DNA of 63,583 nt, the filler included, from Octopus bimaculoides (Eukaryota): NCBI RefSeq assembly GCF_001194135.2. It is 6 parts of 5 records of this genome, joined end to end, with 100 filler letters (N's around TTAATTAATTAA, not from the genome) between each part and the next. Parts side by side here need not be neighbours in the genome. Positions count along the whole stretch, not along the records: positions 24,221 to 36,663 come from NC_068990.1; positions 36,764 to 47,880 come from NW_026382863.1; 4 more parts are not named here. The stretch is one strand, 5' to 3'. Of this stretch, positions 35,300 through 47,129 are shown in pieces; within the stretch, counting starts at the first letter, position 1, and every line of letters begins with the position of its first letter. The notes beneath the pieces were generated by a model. It was not told the origin of the DNA. It worked only from the letters and a program-made list of their open reading frames with translations, and ran no database searches. A program made the translations under genes and the position numbers.

Positions 35300-36420
35300 G
35301 GTATTAATTATACTTAGAAAAGGAAAATTCTTTTTTACATATTTAATTATACTTAGAAAATGAATATTTTGTAGTGTGTAAACAAATTCGGTTATTTTCG
35401 TATCGTTTGTTTAAAAGATGCTTTCTAGCTGTTAGGATTTTGAGGCGTTCAGTTAGACAAAGGTCACAGCGTCTGTTAGTTGGGTTATAAGAATTTGCTG
35501 CTTTTAGTATATGCCACTTTAGTTTATATTCTATCCTATTGTCCTTTAATTCCCAGATATAGCTACTAAGTCTTGTTGAATTTGCCTTTTTTCTATTTCT
35601 AAAGCTAGATTGGTGCTCATTGTATCTGAGGCATATTCGGTTTTTCGTAGCACCAATGTAAGATCTAATATGGCCGTTTGTGTGTACGTCGCATTGGTAA
35701 ACTTTTCGGTCTTACATCTATTGGAGAAATTACATTTATTCCTATCTCTACAGCTACATAGATTATAAGGGGTGTCTATGTCTGTGTGTTGTTGTGTGAC
35801 CCTGTTGTTTTTTTTTTTTTTTGGTGTGTGTCTCCTAACAAAGGGTGTTGGATTAGGGTTGGGGTTAGTTCTATTAGTTGGACGGTTGTTAGTTTGGTTG
35901 TTCGTGGTATTTCTAGCTCTATAGAATGCATCTAATTTATTATTATTAATAGATGCTATGATGGTAGCTAAGTTGCATGTCAGGCTGTGGCCTATTCTGA
36001 TTTTGTTCTTAAATATTGCTGCATATTTATTATTTACATTTAGATGTTTATCTATTATGTTCATTAATGAGCGGACTATGTTAGATTTGAGATTCGTGTT
36101 GTAGGGAATAATTAGCCAGATCATATCCTTATTGTTCTTATTGTTATTACGGCTATGTCTGGTATAGAACCTGCCATCATAGCTGGGAAGGCTAGTGAAT
36201 TTGTCTTTATGGCTATCTAATTTATTTCTATAGTTAGGTTTATTTTTAATATGTGTCTTATCTGTTTTCGGTTTGTTAGTATTGTTAGTATTGTAGGCCC
36301 GGTGTATGGTTTATTTTAGTGCGCTGGGTCTCGCTGTTATTCATAATAAACTTATCTTTGTATGGCTTAATATTGATTATGTTCTGGTTGTTATTGTATT
36401 TCTGCTTCGTCCTGTTATTA
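35300..36420 (-). mobile_element. Penelope-like element 3' part: RT-EN linker plus GIY-YIG endonuclease, two frameshifts
   Basis: MIWLIIPYNTNLKSNIVRSLMNIIDKHL...CSCRDRNKC, then in shifted frames VYQCDVHTNGHIRSYIGATKNRICLRYNEHQSSFRN and NSTRLSSYIWELKDNRIEYKLKWHILK...RRCDLCLTERLKIL...LLNKRYE. Confidence 0.9.
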
Positions 36421-36446
36421 GCCTATAGATATATATATATATATAG

Positions 36447-36658
36447 TACCGTGTGACTGGCCCTCGTGCCGGTGGTACATAAAAGCACCCACTACACTCT
36501 CGGAGTGGTTGGCATTAGGAAGGGTATCCAGTTGTAGAAACTCTGCCAGATCAGATTGGAGCCTGGTGCAGCCTTCTGGCTTGCCAGTCCTCAGTCAAAT
36601 TGTCCAACCCATGCTAGCATAGAAAGCAGACGTTAAACGATGATGATGATGATGATGA
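36447..36658 (+). mobile_element. SINE family E, 5'-truncated, (GAT)n tail
   Basis: Matches 3360-3783. Confidence 0.85.
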
Positions 36659-36769
36659 TATATNNNNNNNNNNNNNNNNNNNNNNNNNNNNNNNNNNNNN
36701 NNNNNNNTTAATTAATTAANNNNNNNNNNNNNNNNNNNNNNNNNNNNNNNNNNNNNNNNNNNNTATATA

Positions 36770-36915
36770 TGATGGGCTTCCACACAGTTTCCTTCAGTCG
36801 AATTCATTCACAAGTCATTAATCGACCTAGAGCTATAGTAAAAGTCACTTGCCCAGGAGGACCGCCACAAATGACCCAACATCAACATCATCACTATTAC
36901 AATGACCGACAATAT

Positions 36916-36949
<34 letters not shown>

Positions 36950-36950
36950 G

Positions 36951-36984
<34 letters not shown>

Positions 36985-37030
36985 CCGAAACCATATGATT
37001 GCAAAGCGGGCTTCTTAACCACAGAGTCAC
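36770..37030 (-). mobile_element. SINE family B 5' part split by a (TAC)n-containing insertion
   Basis: Family B body at 36770-36870 and head at 36985-37030, separated by about 115 bp of low-complexity sequence. Confidence 0.6.
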
Positions 37031-37585
37031 GACTGGACAAGTCACAATCGCTGCGAATTAAACTCAAGATTATTGAGGAGAATTTCGAATACAGTTTAGT
37101 TGCGTTAATCCTGAGATATCTTAACCAATAGTTTGATATTTGTGTTGGTGAGAAGTAAATTTTACGGCCAGACAGTATGACAGAGCATATACTTCTTCAA
37201 TCTGTACTGATACGTAAAGCAGGGGTTGAATAAACCTACCGCTAACAGATGGTAACTACATCATACTGTGAGTATCTGGACCCATCGGGGATTATGCTAG
37301 TCCTCCCTAGGCCCCCAATATCTTCACAACGAATCAAAACAAAGAAGCTAAAAGAGCGCACAGAGGTTGCTCATAGACCACACCCACCGACCATCTACAC
37401 CAGCGATTTTCGATTTTTCTATTCGTTTTTTTTTTCTTATTTTTTCTTTTCTTTTAAGATACATGCAAAATGTGTTACGACACGGCATTAACATTTTAAA
37501 AGTTTTGGTTAATGACAAAATTGTTTTGAAAATTAAATATTGTGCTTTTAACCTTGGAACTCGAAGTGGATAAAGCTACAAATAA

Positions 37586-37804
37586 TCTTTTCCACTATAG
37601 GCACAAGGCCTGATATTTGAGGGGGTAAGGAGAAGTAAGTCGATTACTTCGACCCCGGTGCTCGCCTGGTGCATATTTTAAAGATCCCGAAAGTATGAAA
37701 GGCAAAGTCGACATCGGTGGAATTTGAACTCAGCACGTAAAGACGGACGAAACACCGCTGAGCATTTTGCCAGTTGTTTTAACGATTCTGCCAGATCACC
37801 TACC
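37586..37804 (-). mobile_element. SINE family C, full length
   Basis: 19-bp TSD tggataa(a/t)gctacaaataa at 37567-37585 and 37805-37823. Confidence 0.9.
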
Positions 37805-37892
37805 TGGATAATGCTACAAATAACAGAATGTAGATATTCGACTAATTATGATACATAAATAAGTATTTTACTTTAATATTACCTACCGGATT

Positions 37893-38287
37893 GTGGAGGC
37901 GCAATGGCCCAGTGGTTAGGGCAGCGGACTCGCGGTCGTAGGATTGCGGTTTCGATTCCCAGACCGGGCGTTCTGAGTGTTTATTGAGCGAAAACACCTA
38001 AAGTTCCACGAGGCTCTGGCAAGGGAGGGGATGGTGGCGAACCCTGCTGTACTCTTTCGCCACAACTTTCTCTCCTTCTTTCTTCTTGCTTCTGTTGAAC
38101 CTGTATTTCAAAGGGCCAGCCTTGTCATACTCTGTGTCACGCTGAACCTCCCCGAGAACTATGTTTAGAGTACACATCTCTGTGGAGTGCTCAGCCACTT
38201 GTACGTTAGTTTCACGAGCAAGCTATTCCGTTGATCGGATCAACTGGAACCCTCGTCGTCGTAACCGACGGAGTGCCAAAGGAAGGA
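37893..38287 (+). mobile_element. SINE family A, full length
   Basis: Perfect 12-bp TSD acctaccggatt at 37881-37892 and 38288-38299. Confidence 0.95.
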
Positions 38288-38584
38288 ACCTACCGGATTA
38301 ATAGAACAGATATAAAACATAGAACAACTCAGATATTGCGAAATATAAATTCCTTATATGAAAGTATCAACTGTTAAGATTACAAACAAATTACGAAAGA
38401 AAGTGAAACAGCGCACAGGGGTTGCTTATAGACCACACCTACAGACCAGCTACACCATCGATTTTCAAACTTTGTTTTTGCGATCCACGCAAACGGCGCG
38501 AAAAGTGTTACAACTTGGCATTCACATTTTAAATTTTATTTAATGATAAAATCAGCTTTAAAATTAAATAGAAGATATCTATAG

Positions 38585-38739
38585 GTGAAGCATAGCTGTG
38601 TAGTAAGAAATCTGCTTCCCAACCACATGGTTTCGGCTTGAGTCTCACTACGTAGCATCTTCGGCAAGTATCTTCTACTATAGCCTCGGATGGACCAAAG
38701 CCTTGTGAGTTTGGTCGACGGAAACTTAATAAAGTCCGT

Positions 38740-38805
<66 letters not shown>

Positions 38806-39385
38806 NNNNNNNNNNNNNNNNNNNNNNNNNNNNNNNNNNNNNNNNNNNNNNNNNNNNNNNNNNNNNNNNNNNNNNNNNNNNNNNNNNNNNNNNNNNNNNN
38901 NNNNNNNNNNNNNNNNNNNNNNNNNNNNNNNNNNNNNNNNNNNNNNNNNNNNNNNNNNNNNNNNNNNNNNNNNNNNNNNNNNNNNNNNNNNNNNNNNNNN
39001 NNNNNNNNNNNNNNNNNNNNNNNNNNNNNNNNNNNNNNNNNNNNNNNNNNNNNNNNNNNNNNNNNNNNNNNNNNNNNNNNNNNNNNNNNNNNNNNNNNNN
39101 NNNNNNNNNNNNNNNNNNNNNNNNNNNNNNNNNNNNNNNNNNNNNNNNNNNNNNNNNNNNNNNNNNNNNNNNNNNNNNNNNNNNNNNNNNNNNNNNNNNN
39201 NNNTTCCTCACTACCACTTGACAACGGCTGTTGGTGTGTTTACGCTCCTGTAACTCTGGAACTTAGCGGTTCGGCCAAAAGGAACCGATAGAATAAGTAC
39301 CAAGCTTTGAAAAATTAAGTACTGGGGTCGATTCTTTCTGCATGACCACAGTCTAATGACTGAAATAAGTAAAATATGAAAGGTA
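38585..39385 (+). mobile_element. SINE family B spanning a (TA)n expansion and a gap
   Basis: 5' half at 38585-38742, (TA)n then an N run, and 3' half at 39205-39385. Confidence 0.75.
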
Positions 39386-41414
39386 GAAAAGAAAATTATG
39401 ACTCAGAATATGAAAAGAATTGTGTAAGCTGTAGGTATGTCTACAGTTTTTTATTTGAAACTGTAAACTGTAGATATTACAAAGGCTGTGAAAACCTCCT
39501 CTTGTTCTCTTAAGTGAGCAGAAAGATAAGTGTGAATCATCTGACGTGTCTGTTTTGTGGCTAATTGTTTCCTCATCAGAGGTTAGTCTTCAGCTGTTCT
39601 GACGATGATTCATTGACAGCACTATGTGTAGAAGTAGATTATCAGGGTGTAACATTAAGCGTCTTCTGGATTTGCATATGATGCGTTTGTCAGCTACACA
39701 TCTATATATATATATATATATCTATCTATCCATCTATTTATCTATTTATTTATCTATCTATCAATTTATCTATCTTTGTATATATATATATGTGTGCGTG
39801 CGTGCGTATGTATGTATAGCGTTCAATATGCACATATTTTTTCACGTCTGGCCGTATAACCTTTTTTGTTTATTTTCACTGTTTCCTTTTCCCGTCTTGT
39901 TTTCTGTCCGCCACTACATTCCTCCATGGTACAAATTTAATTTGTGGTCCGTGAGAAGAGCCATTTTAACGATGCGTCCTGCCCTAACTCTTCGAAACGC
40001 CAGTGTTAGAATGGTGGCATCTGATGAAGGAAATGTTCTCTATGTGGCCTGTGTGTTTTCTGTACTCCGTTTATTATTTTTCTGTGTACGTTTTGTTTGC
40101 AACGTCGTGTACCCAGATATGCATCTATATATACAGGTAAACGTAGGTATGTACATACATGTACGTATATATGCATATACTCATTTATTATTTGTATGTA
40201 TGTATCTATGTATGTATGTATGCATGCATGTATGTATATAGATAGAAATAATGTGTTCTGTACATTTATTTAGTTATTGTAGGCTTACAGCTGTTTCAGA
40301 CGTAAATTTGGGTGCACTCATTGATTGACTGGAAATTTTGGCATCCATCCTCACAATGATACCTTCGTCGGAGCCAAAACAAATCAGCAGTCAAAAAAAA
40401 AAAAAAAGAACAGAAAAGAAAAGAAAGAGGATGGAATTTAGTCAGTGTGGCATTTATAGAGAACTAAATCATTTGTTTCTAGCTATCAACCTTCAGCTAT
40501 TGTTCTCTCTAGCTACAGTTGAATAGTATTGACATCCAGTACAGAAATTTGATGCCCCCACAATTCATTTATCAGTGACAGCCTTTTGGCATTTACTATT
40601 ATATTTTTGTTAACTATGTGAGGGTGCGGATGGGGGAATATTTGCAAATTTACAAACCAAAAGGCAGCCATGATATTGCAAATTATTTTAAACTTGAAGT
40701 TTCACCATCTATCTAATTAATCACCAGGAATTCATATAAGTACAAAACAGTTAACAGAAATAGTTAAAACTAGTAATCGGAGATTATAAATAAATAAACT
40801 ATAAGTAATGACAGTAATGTTAAGACTACATGTAATCCTGAATTATAGAACCCGGTATCATTGGTACAGCTGCAATAGGGAGGTTAAGATATGCTTCTTA
40901 AATATGTTGGTGGAGTAAATTACACAAGTGTTAGAAAGATAAAACCAAGGCAAAGTCAAACAAGAGCACTCAGAGAGCGCAAACCTCCGCCATCACCAAC
41001 GTCCTCTCAACGATTTGCCGGAGATGATTTTAAAATGAGAAAATCTGAAATAAACTGGATTGCTCACACAGACAAGAATACAGAAACTGAACCCGACCGC
41101 CCTCAAACGGAAAAGTAATCCAAATATATATATATATATATATATTGAGTGAGAGATGAAGGGAGAGGAGATGAAATACTAATACAGTGAAGGAGAAGTA
41201 GTGAGAGGAATAGCCATGACCGACAGGAAGTGATACTTGGGCTTTCGGCTGCGGATTACTTGAAATACAATACCGATCACAACACTTTTCTGTTAGCCTG
41301 GTATATTTTTATCTGCAAAGAGCTTAATTGTTTGGCCTGGCATTTTATTTTTTATTTATGCGCCCTTTTCAAGCTCATGGGCCCGGTTTCTATGGCGTAT
41401 GTTTTCCTCGCCAG

Positions 41415-41645
41415 CTGAACGGGACGCCAGTCCATCGCAGTGTTACTCAAGAAACAGGGAGAAAGAGTGAGAGAGAGTTGGGACGAAAAAATACAACAGG
41501 GGTCGCCACCACCCCCTGCCGGAACCTTGTGGAGTTTTTAAGTGTTTTCGCTCAACAAACACGCACAACGCCCGGTCTGGGAATCGAAACCGCGATCCTC
41601 CGACCGCGAGTCCGCTGCCCTAACCACTGGGCCATTGCGCCTCAA
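41415..41645 (-). mobile_element. SINE with family A head and body but a family D-like tail
   Basis: The head is near-identical to family A. The tail (minus strand) is ttcttgagtaacactgcgatggactggcgtcccgttcagctgg. 8-bp flanking repeat ctcgccag at 41407-41414 and 41646-41653. Confidence 0.8.
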
Positions 41646-41829
41646 CTCGCCAGGTATAATCACCCTTATTTTCTTGACCATCAATTTCTTGACCATTGAA
41701 CAGTACACATCATAAGCCTACATTCCAACAAGTTGTCCTTCTCTTTTATCATGGCGGTAAGATGTCATTCGAGCATAACTTTTTAGCTACCCTTTCTAGC
41801 AATCCGAACTACCAGAATACATAAGTTCC

Positions 41830-41975
41830 CAACACCACCATCACTACTACTGTCACCGCTACCACCACCACCACCAACAACAACACTATTATCACCAACA
41901 TTACTACCACCACCATCACTATTACCACCACTGACCCTACCAGCACCACCACCACCACCATCTCCACCACCCTGG
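41830..41975. repeat. (ACC)n/(ACT)n trinucleotide tract
   Basis: Visible in the sequence. Confidence 0.85.
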
Positions 41976-42289
41976 CTTTGGTGACACTAGCGTCCAAGTT
42001 TCAGTATTCAGGAAATCATTAGATTTACCTGACAATGATTCTATCCCACCATGTCTGGTCCCGTCCGTCCGGCTGTTTAGGCACATGTTCCTCCACCACC
42101 CGCTCCCTGGTCACGTCTGTCATAAAAAAATATAAATAAAAATAATCAAAAATCGTGCAAGTGACGCCATTTTATATAAGGGGTGGGGAAAACGAAAAAG
42201 AAAATACAAAATAAAAATAGAGTAAAATAAAATAAAACCAAGTTTTTTTATCGTAAAATTCTTGCAAGGTGTGCGCGCTCGTGTGTTTA

Positions 42290-42404
42290 GTGATGGTGGT
42301 GGTGGTGGTTTTGGTGGTGGTGGTAGCAGCTGCTGCTAGCAGCAACACCAGCAGCAGCAGCAGTAGTAGTAGTAGTCGTGGTGGTGGTGGTGGTGGTGGT
42401 GGTG

Positions 42405-42481
<77 letters not shown>

Positions 42482-43450
42482 GGTGGTGGTGGTGGTGGTG
42501 GTGGTGGTAGTAGTAATAGTAGTAGTAATGCTGGTCGTTGTTTTAGTGATGTTGATGCTAGGTGATTTGTGGCGGTAGCGGTGGTGGTGATGGTTCTGGT
42601 GGTGGTGTGATGACGATTATTGGTGGAGGCGATAGAGTTGGTTATGATTGTAGTCGAGTTAGTGTTGGTAGCGGTTATGGTGTGTGTTGACATCATGGTG
42701 GTGGTAGTGGCTTTGGTAGTGGTAGTGGCTTTGGTAGTGGTAGTGGCTTTGGTAGTGGTATGGTGGTGGTATTGATAGTTGTGGTGGTGGTGGTGGTGGC
42801 GTTGGCGGCGGCGGCAGTGATATTATTGTATTTGTGATTCGAGTTATTGTTTTTGTTGTTGTTGTTGACACAACAGTTGCTGCTTCTGTCTTCGTCCATT
42901 ACTTTTGCTGCTGTCGTTGTTATTCTTGACGTTTTTGGCAGCCATTGTTCCACTGTTGTTGTTATTGTTGTTGGACCTTACTGTAGTCGATCAGGTTTTC
43001 ATTACTGCAAGCGTCATTGGTGTTGTTCTTGTTGCTGTAATCGCTGCAAATATGGATGTGATGACACTATCGTTGTTGCTGTTGTTGTTGTGGCTGCTGT
43101 TGTTATTATTTATGTTATTACTGATGAGGATGATGATGTTGCTGTTGCTGTAATTGTTAGTGTTGTTGCTGCTGTTGCTGCTGCTGTTGTTGTTACTGCT
43201 ACTGTTGTTGTTGTTGATTATTATAATTTCGTTGCTGTTATTGCTGATGGTGATGATGATGGTTATGCTGATAGTGTTGCTATTATTGTTGTTGTTGTGG
43301 TGGTGGTGATTTTGGTGGTGGTGGTGGTGGTGATGGTGGTGTTGGTATTGGTGGTTTTGGTGGTGGTGGTGGTGGTGGTGGTGGTATTGGTGGTTTTGGT
43401 GGTAGTTGTGGTGGTGGTGGTGGTAGTGGTGGTGGGTGATGTCGGTGGTG
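42290..43450. repeat. Compound (GGT)n/(AGT)n/(GTT)n/(GCT)n low-complexity block
   Basis: Includes about (GGT)12-(AGT)19-(GGT)12 and ggctttggtagtggtagt x3 at about 42709-42760. Confidence 0.95.
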
Positions 43451-44904
43451 GTCGCTCTTGTTGCCCTACTCCCACTTTTACTCCTTCCCCTGTGGGTGGG
43501 TGTTTACATGTCTGACATGCAGAACGCCCGTTAAGGTTAGACCGAGGTCTTGACTTTACAAACAAGTCACATATTATGCAAACATTAGTCAGAATGGCAC
43601 CTGATGGGCCTGCATGCATATATATATGTGTGCATGCATCTATGCATCTATGCATGTGTGCGTATAAGCAAGTGTGTATGTGCTTATGGGCGTAAGTGCA
43701 ATATAAACTACATGTATGCTTGTGTGTGTATGTGTATGCACACGCACACACGCACACACATGTATACATATACAGATATATGTACAATTATTGTGTATGT
43801 CCAAGTGTCCGTGCATACGTGTACGAGTCTTTGTCTCTGTATTTGTGTGAATGTGTGTGAGACAAGCATTGTAAACCTGGAGTTCTTTATTATGACATAT
43901 GCGTGCGAGTGCAAGGAGAGGTACATTGATGTATTAGCAACACTTATGCATATATACTAACGTGAGTATATCTGTCTATAACTCTATCTGTCTATCTATC
44001 TAACTATTCACCAATGTATCTAATTATATATATATATAAGTCTATCTGCCTATCTATCTTTCTATCTATCCACCTATCTATTCTTTTAATCAATATCTTC
44101 TTGTACATACACATTATATTTATATATAAGTATATGTGTGTGTGTGTGTGAGTATGTATGTATGCATGTATGTATGTATGTAAATGCATGAATGCATATA
44201 TGAATGCACGTATGTATACACGCGATCACATACGCTCACACACATGCATATACATGTATGTGTGTGTGTGTTATATTTGTATGTTTCTGTAGGTGTATAT
44301 ATATATATGTATATATAAATATTTGCGTCCATTTGTGTGTGCAAGATTGTCTCTCTCTCACCACGCAGATGTATATATATGTATGTATACATATTATGAA
44401 GTGAAAAAAGATTAAAGAATACTTTTAAAGCACTCTGTAGGTATCGAACTCGGCTAGCTAAATTGTTCCGTGAATGCCACAGTAATCTCCATACGTTGTA
44501 AATTAACTTTCTGCCACCTATCCAGTTTGTTAATCAGATGATCAAGCACTTAATGAATACAGTATATATGCAGTGAAAAACACACAAAAATGGAGATTTA
44601 TTCATAAATTATCAGCTACGTACGTTTCAAATAGAATAACATAACACAAAATGCTTTAATACAACACTTAAGCACAACTTATTCGATCCTATATTTGATT
44701 GAATACAGAGAATGAGAGAGAGGAATTATGTACAATCCTATTCTCATCAAAACTATCGAATCACTGCTTTTAAGGGAATAAGTAGTAAATTTGAGAGATA
44801 TTTCAGATAAAATTACAATTCTTTTTTACCTGATTAATTTATCAACTAAATAGATTTATTGTGATGTACAATACCGTCCTTTCGTATAAAAAATATGTGT
44901 TGCA

Positions 44905-45197
44905 GTCACTACTGCTGTTTGTATTCCTCTAGCTCTCTGCGATTCTTGGCTGTTCCCCAAGTTGAAGAAGAACCTCAAGTACAGTCATTTTGAGGATGAA
45001 GGAGGCTGTGACAAGGATCCTGGATAAATTCCCTTTGGAGGACTTCCATGGAGCCTTCACGAAGTGGCTGCAGCGCTGTAGAAAGTGCATTGAAATAGGA
45101 TGATCCTACTTTGAAGGAGATTAGAGTTTTGTACTCCTTTAAGATTAAGAAATGTCTCTCTTGAAAACATCCGAAGAGTTTTGGAACACGCCTTGTA
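44905..45197 (+). mobile_element. Mariner 3' fragment with right TIR
   Basis: LALCDSWLFPKLKKNLK..., MKEAVTRILDKFPLEDFHGAFTKWLQRCRKCIEIG.SYFEGD. Ends in TIR-like gaagagttttggaacacgccttg followed by TA. Confidence 0.8.
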
Positions 45198-45250
45198 TTT
45201 TTATAAAAGTAGAATACGGCTATGTTTGCAGAAATCTTGAAGTCCATGAC

Positions 45251-45625
45251 AGCGAAGTGGTTGAATCGTTTATCCGTCAGATAAAATGCTTAGATGTTTC
45301 TGACACTTTGCGTTCTAAGTTCAAATACCGCTGAGGTTAACTTTACCTTTCATCTCGTTATTGACAAAATAAAATACCAGTCAAGTACTGGCTTTCGATG
45401 TAATCGACTGGGCCCCCTTCCCTCAAAATTTGTGTGCGTGTGTCCCCTTGTGTCTATGTTTGGCTTCCAACGCTGCTTGACAACCGGTGCTTGTGTTTAC
45501 ATCCTCGTAACTTAGCGGTTCGACTAAAGACATCGATAGAATAAGTATCAGGCTTTAAAGATAATAAGTACTGGAGTTGAATCATTTGACTAAACATTTT
45601 TCATGACTGAAACAAGTAAAAGAAG
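45251..45625 (+). mobile_element. Composite: SINE C (45251-45432) followed directly by SINE B 3' half (45450-45625)
   Basis: Family C body, a short TG spacer, then cgctgcttgacaaccggtgc...gactgaaacaagtaaaag. Confidence 0.75.
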
Positions 45626-45707
45626 GTTAAAGAATAAAGAATAAAATAAAAGATGAAGATACATACATACATGTGTGTGTGTGGGGGGGGGTACCTACTC
45701 ATGGACA

Positions 45708-45847
45708 CAAGTTCAAATTCCACCGAGGTGGACCTTGCCTTTCATTCTTTCGGAATTGATAAAATTAGTGCCAGTCAATACTTGAGTCGATGTAATCGAC
45801 TTCCCCTCCCCTCAAAATGCTACTGGCTTGTGCCAAAAATTTGAAAC
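45708..45847 (+). mobile_element. SINE family C, 5'-truncated
   Basis: gttcaaattccaccgaggtggaccttgcctttcattc...ggcttgtgccaaaaatttgaaac. Confidence 0.75.
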
Positions 45848-46379
45848 TGTTATTACTAATACTTAATAATAATTACAATCAGATAGATAGATGGATAGAT
45901 GGATATTATACACACACATATATATGACGGACTTCTGTACAGTTTACTTTTACATGTTATGTGTTGGGGCATCTGTGTAGATGTATGTGTATATACATTT
46001 ATGACAGTTGGAAGATTTTTGAAAGATGAGCATGTCCTTATCACGGAGTCATTAAAATATATAACGAGATTTTTAAAGAAGTTATACCGCCAATATTTTC
46101 TCTCTGTAAGAGAAGAGAAAACGATGTTCCTTATGTAAATTTATATATTTCTATATTCATTTATATATTCATTTATCTATTTAATTATTCAATTTCATTT
46201 CTTTTCTTATTTTATTTGTAAAAAATCAGGTTCCAATTAACATTTCGTTTCTTGACTTGAAATAGAAATGAATAAAGCAGACGATACATTAAAGTTTCTT
46301 GACTTAAAATGAATAAAATGAATAAAAGCAGACGATACGTTAAATCTCTTTAATTTCATTGTTATTAAATTGAACTTTT

Positions 46380-46930
46380 TTTATTTTATTTTATTTTTTA
46401 CTTTACCCAGCATTTCTCTTTTACTTTTGCATTCGTATTTTCCTTCTTCTTCTCTTTACTTTTTCTTTTTATCTTCTTCCTAACGATCTCCTCCACCACC
46501 ACCAGCTCATTCTCCTCCTCCACTTGTCTTTCTTCGTTTTCCTCTCCCCCTCCTTCGTTTTCTCTCTTCTCTTATTCTCTTTCCCTTCCTCTCTTTATCT
46601 TCTGTCTTTTTTCTTCATTATTTCAATTTTCTCCACATTATCTTTCATTTTTTTTTTAAATTAACAATTTCTTCTGAATTTCTTTCAACTTTAATTTGGT
46701 GTTGTTGTTGTTATTGCTGTTGCTGCTGTCTCTCTTACCGTTTTTCTTTTAAGTTCTTATTTTATTCTTTTTTATTTCCTTTTTTTATTTAAATTTTAAT
46801 TTTTTTTCTTCCTTTTTTCCTCTTTCTTTATCATCCATATTCTTCCTTCCTCTTTTTCTATCTATCTTCATTTCTTCCTTCCTTCCTTCCTTCTCTTATA
46901 TCATTTTCCTTCTCGTCCACCTCTCTCCTT
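46380..46930. repeat. Long polypyrimidine (CT/CTT-rich) low-complexity tract
   Basis: About 550 bp, strongly enriched for C/T on the plus strand. Confidence 0.85.
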
Positions 46931-47129
46931 CTTTAAGTTCTTTTCAAGCCTCGACTTGACTTCATCTTTCACTGAAGTTTATCAACGACCCGACACAGGT
47001 AATGTGGTCTCGCTTGACTGAACTTGTGTGTACGTGCCTATGTGCATGAGCGTGTGTGTGTTTATGTGTGTGTGAGCGTTTGCATGTGTGTGTGTTTATG
47101 TGTATGTGTACAACAAACGAGTGGGGTTG

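Noticed and set aside
42172-43787. Poly-V/G/S/P/T ORFs (also 31803-32266 and 56510-57170) as mucin- or prion-like proteins
   Set aside because: Several frames on both strands are open at once, which is typical of trinucleotide repeats. No unique coding anchor or splice structure is present.
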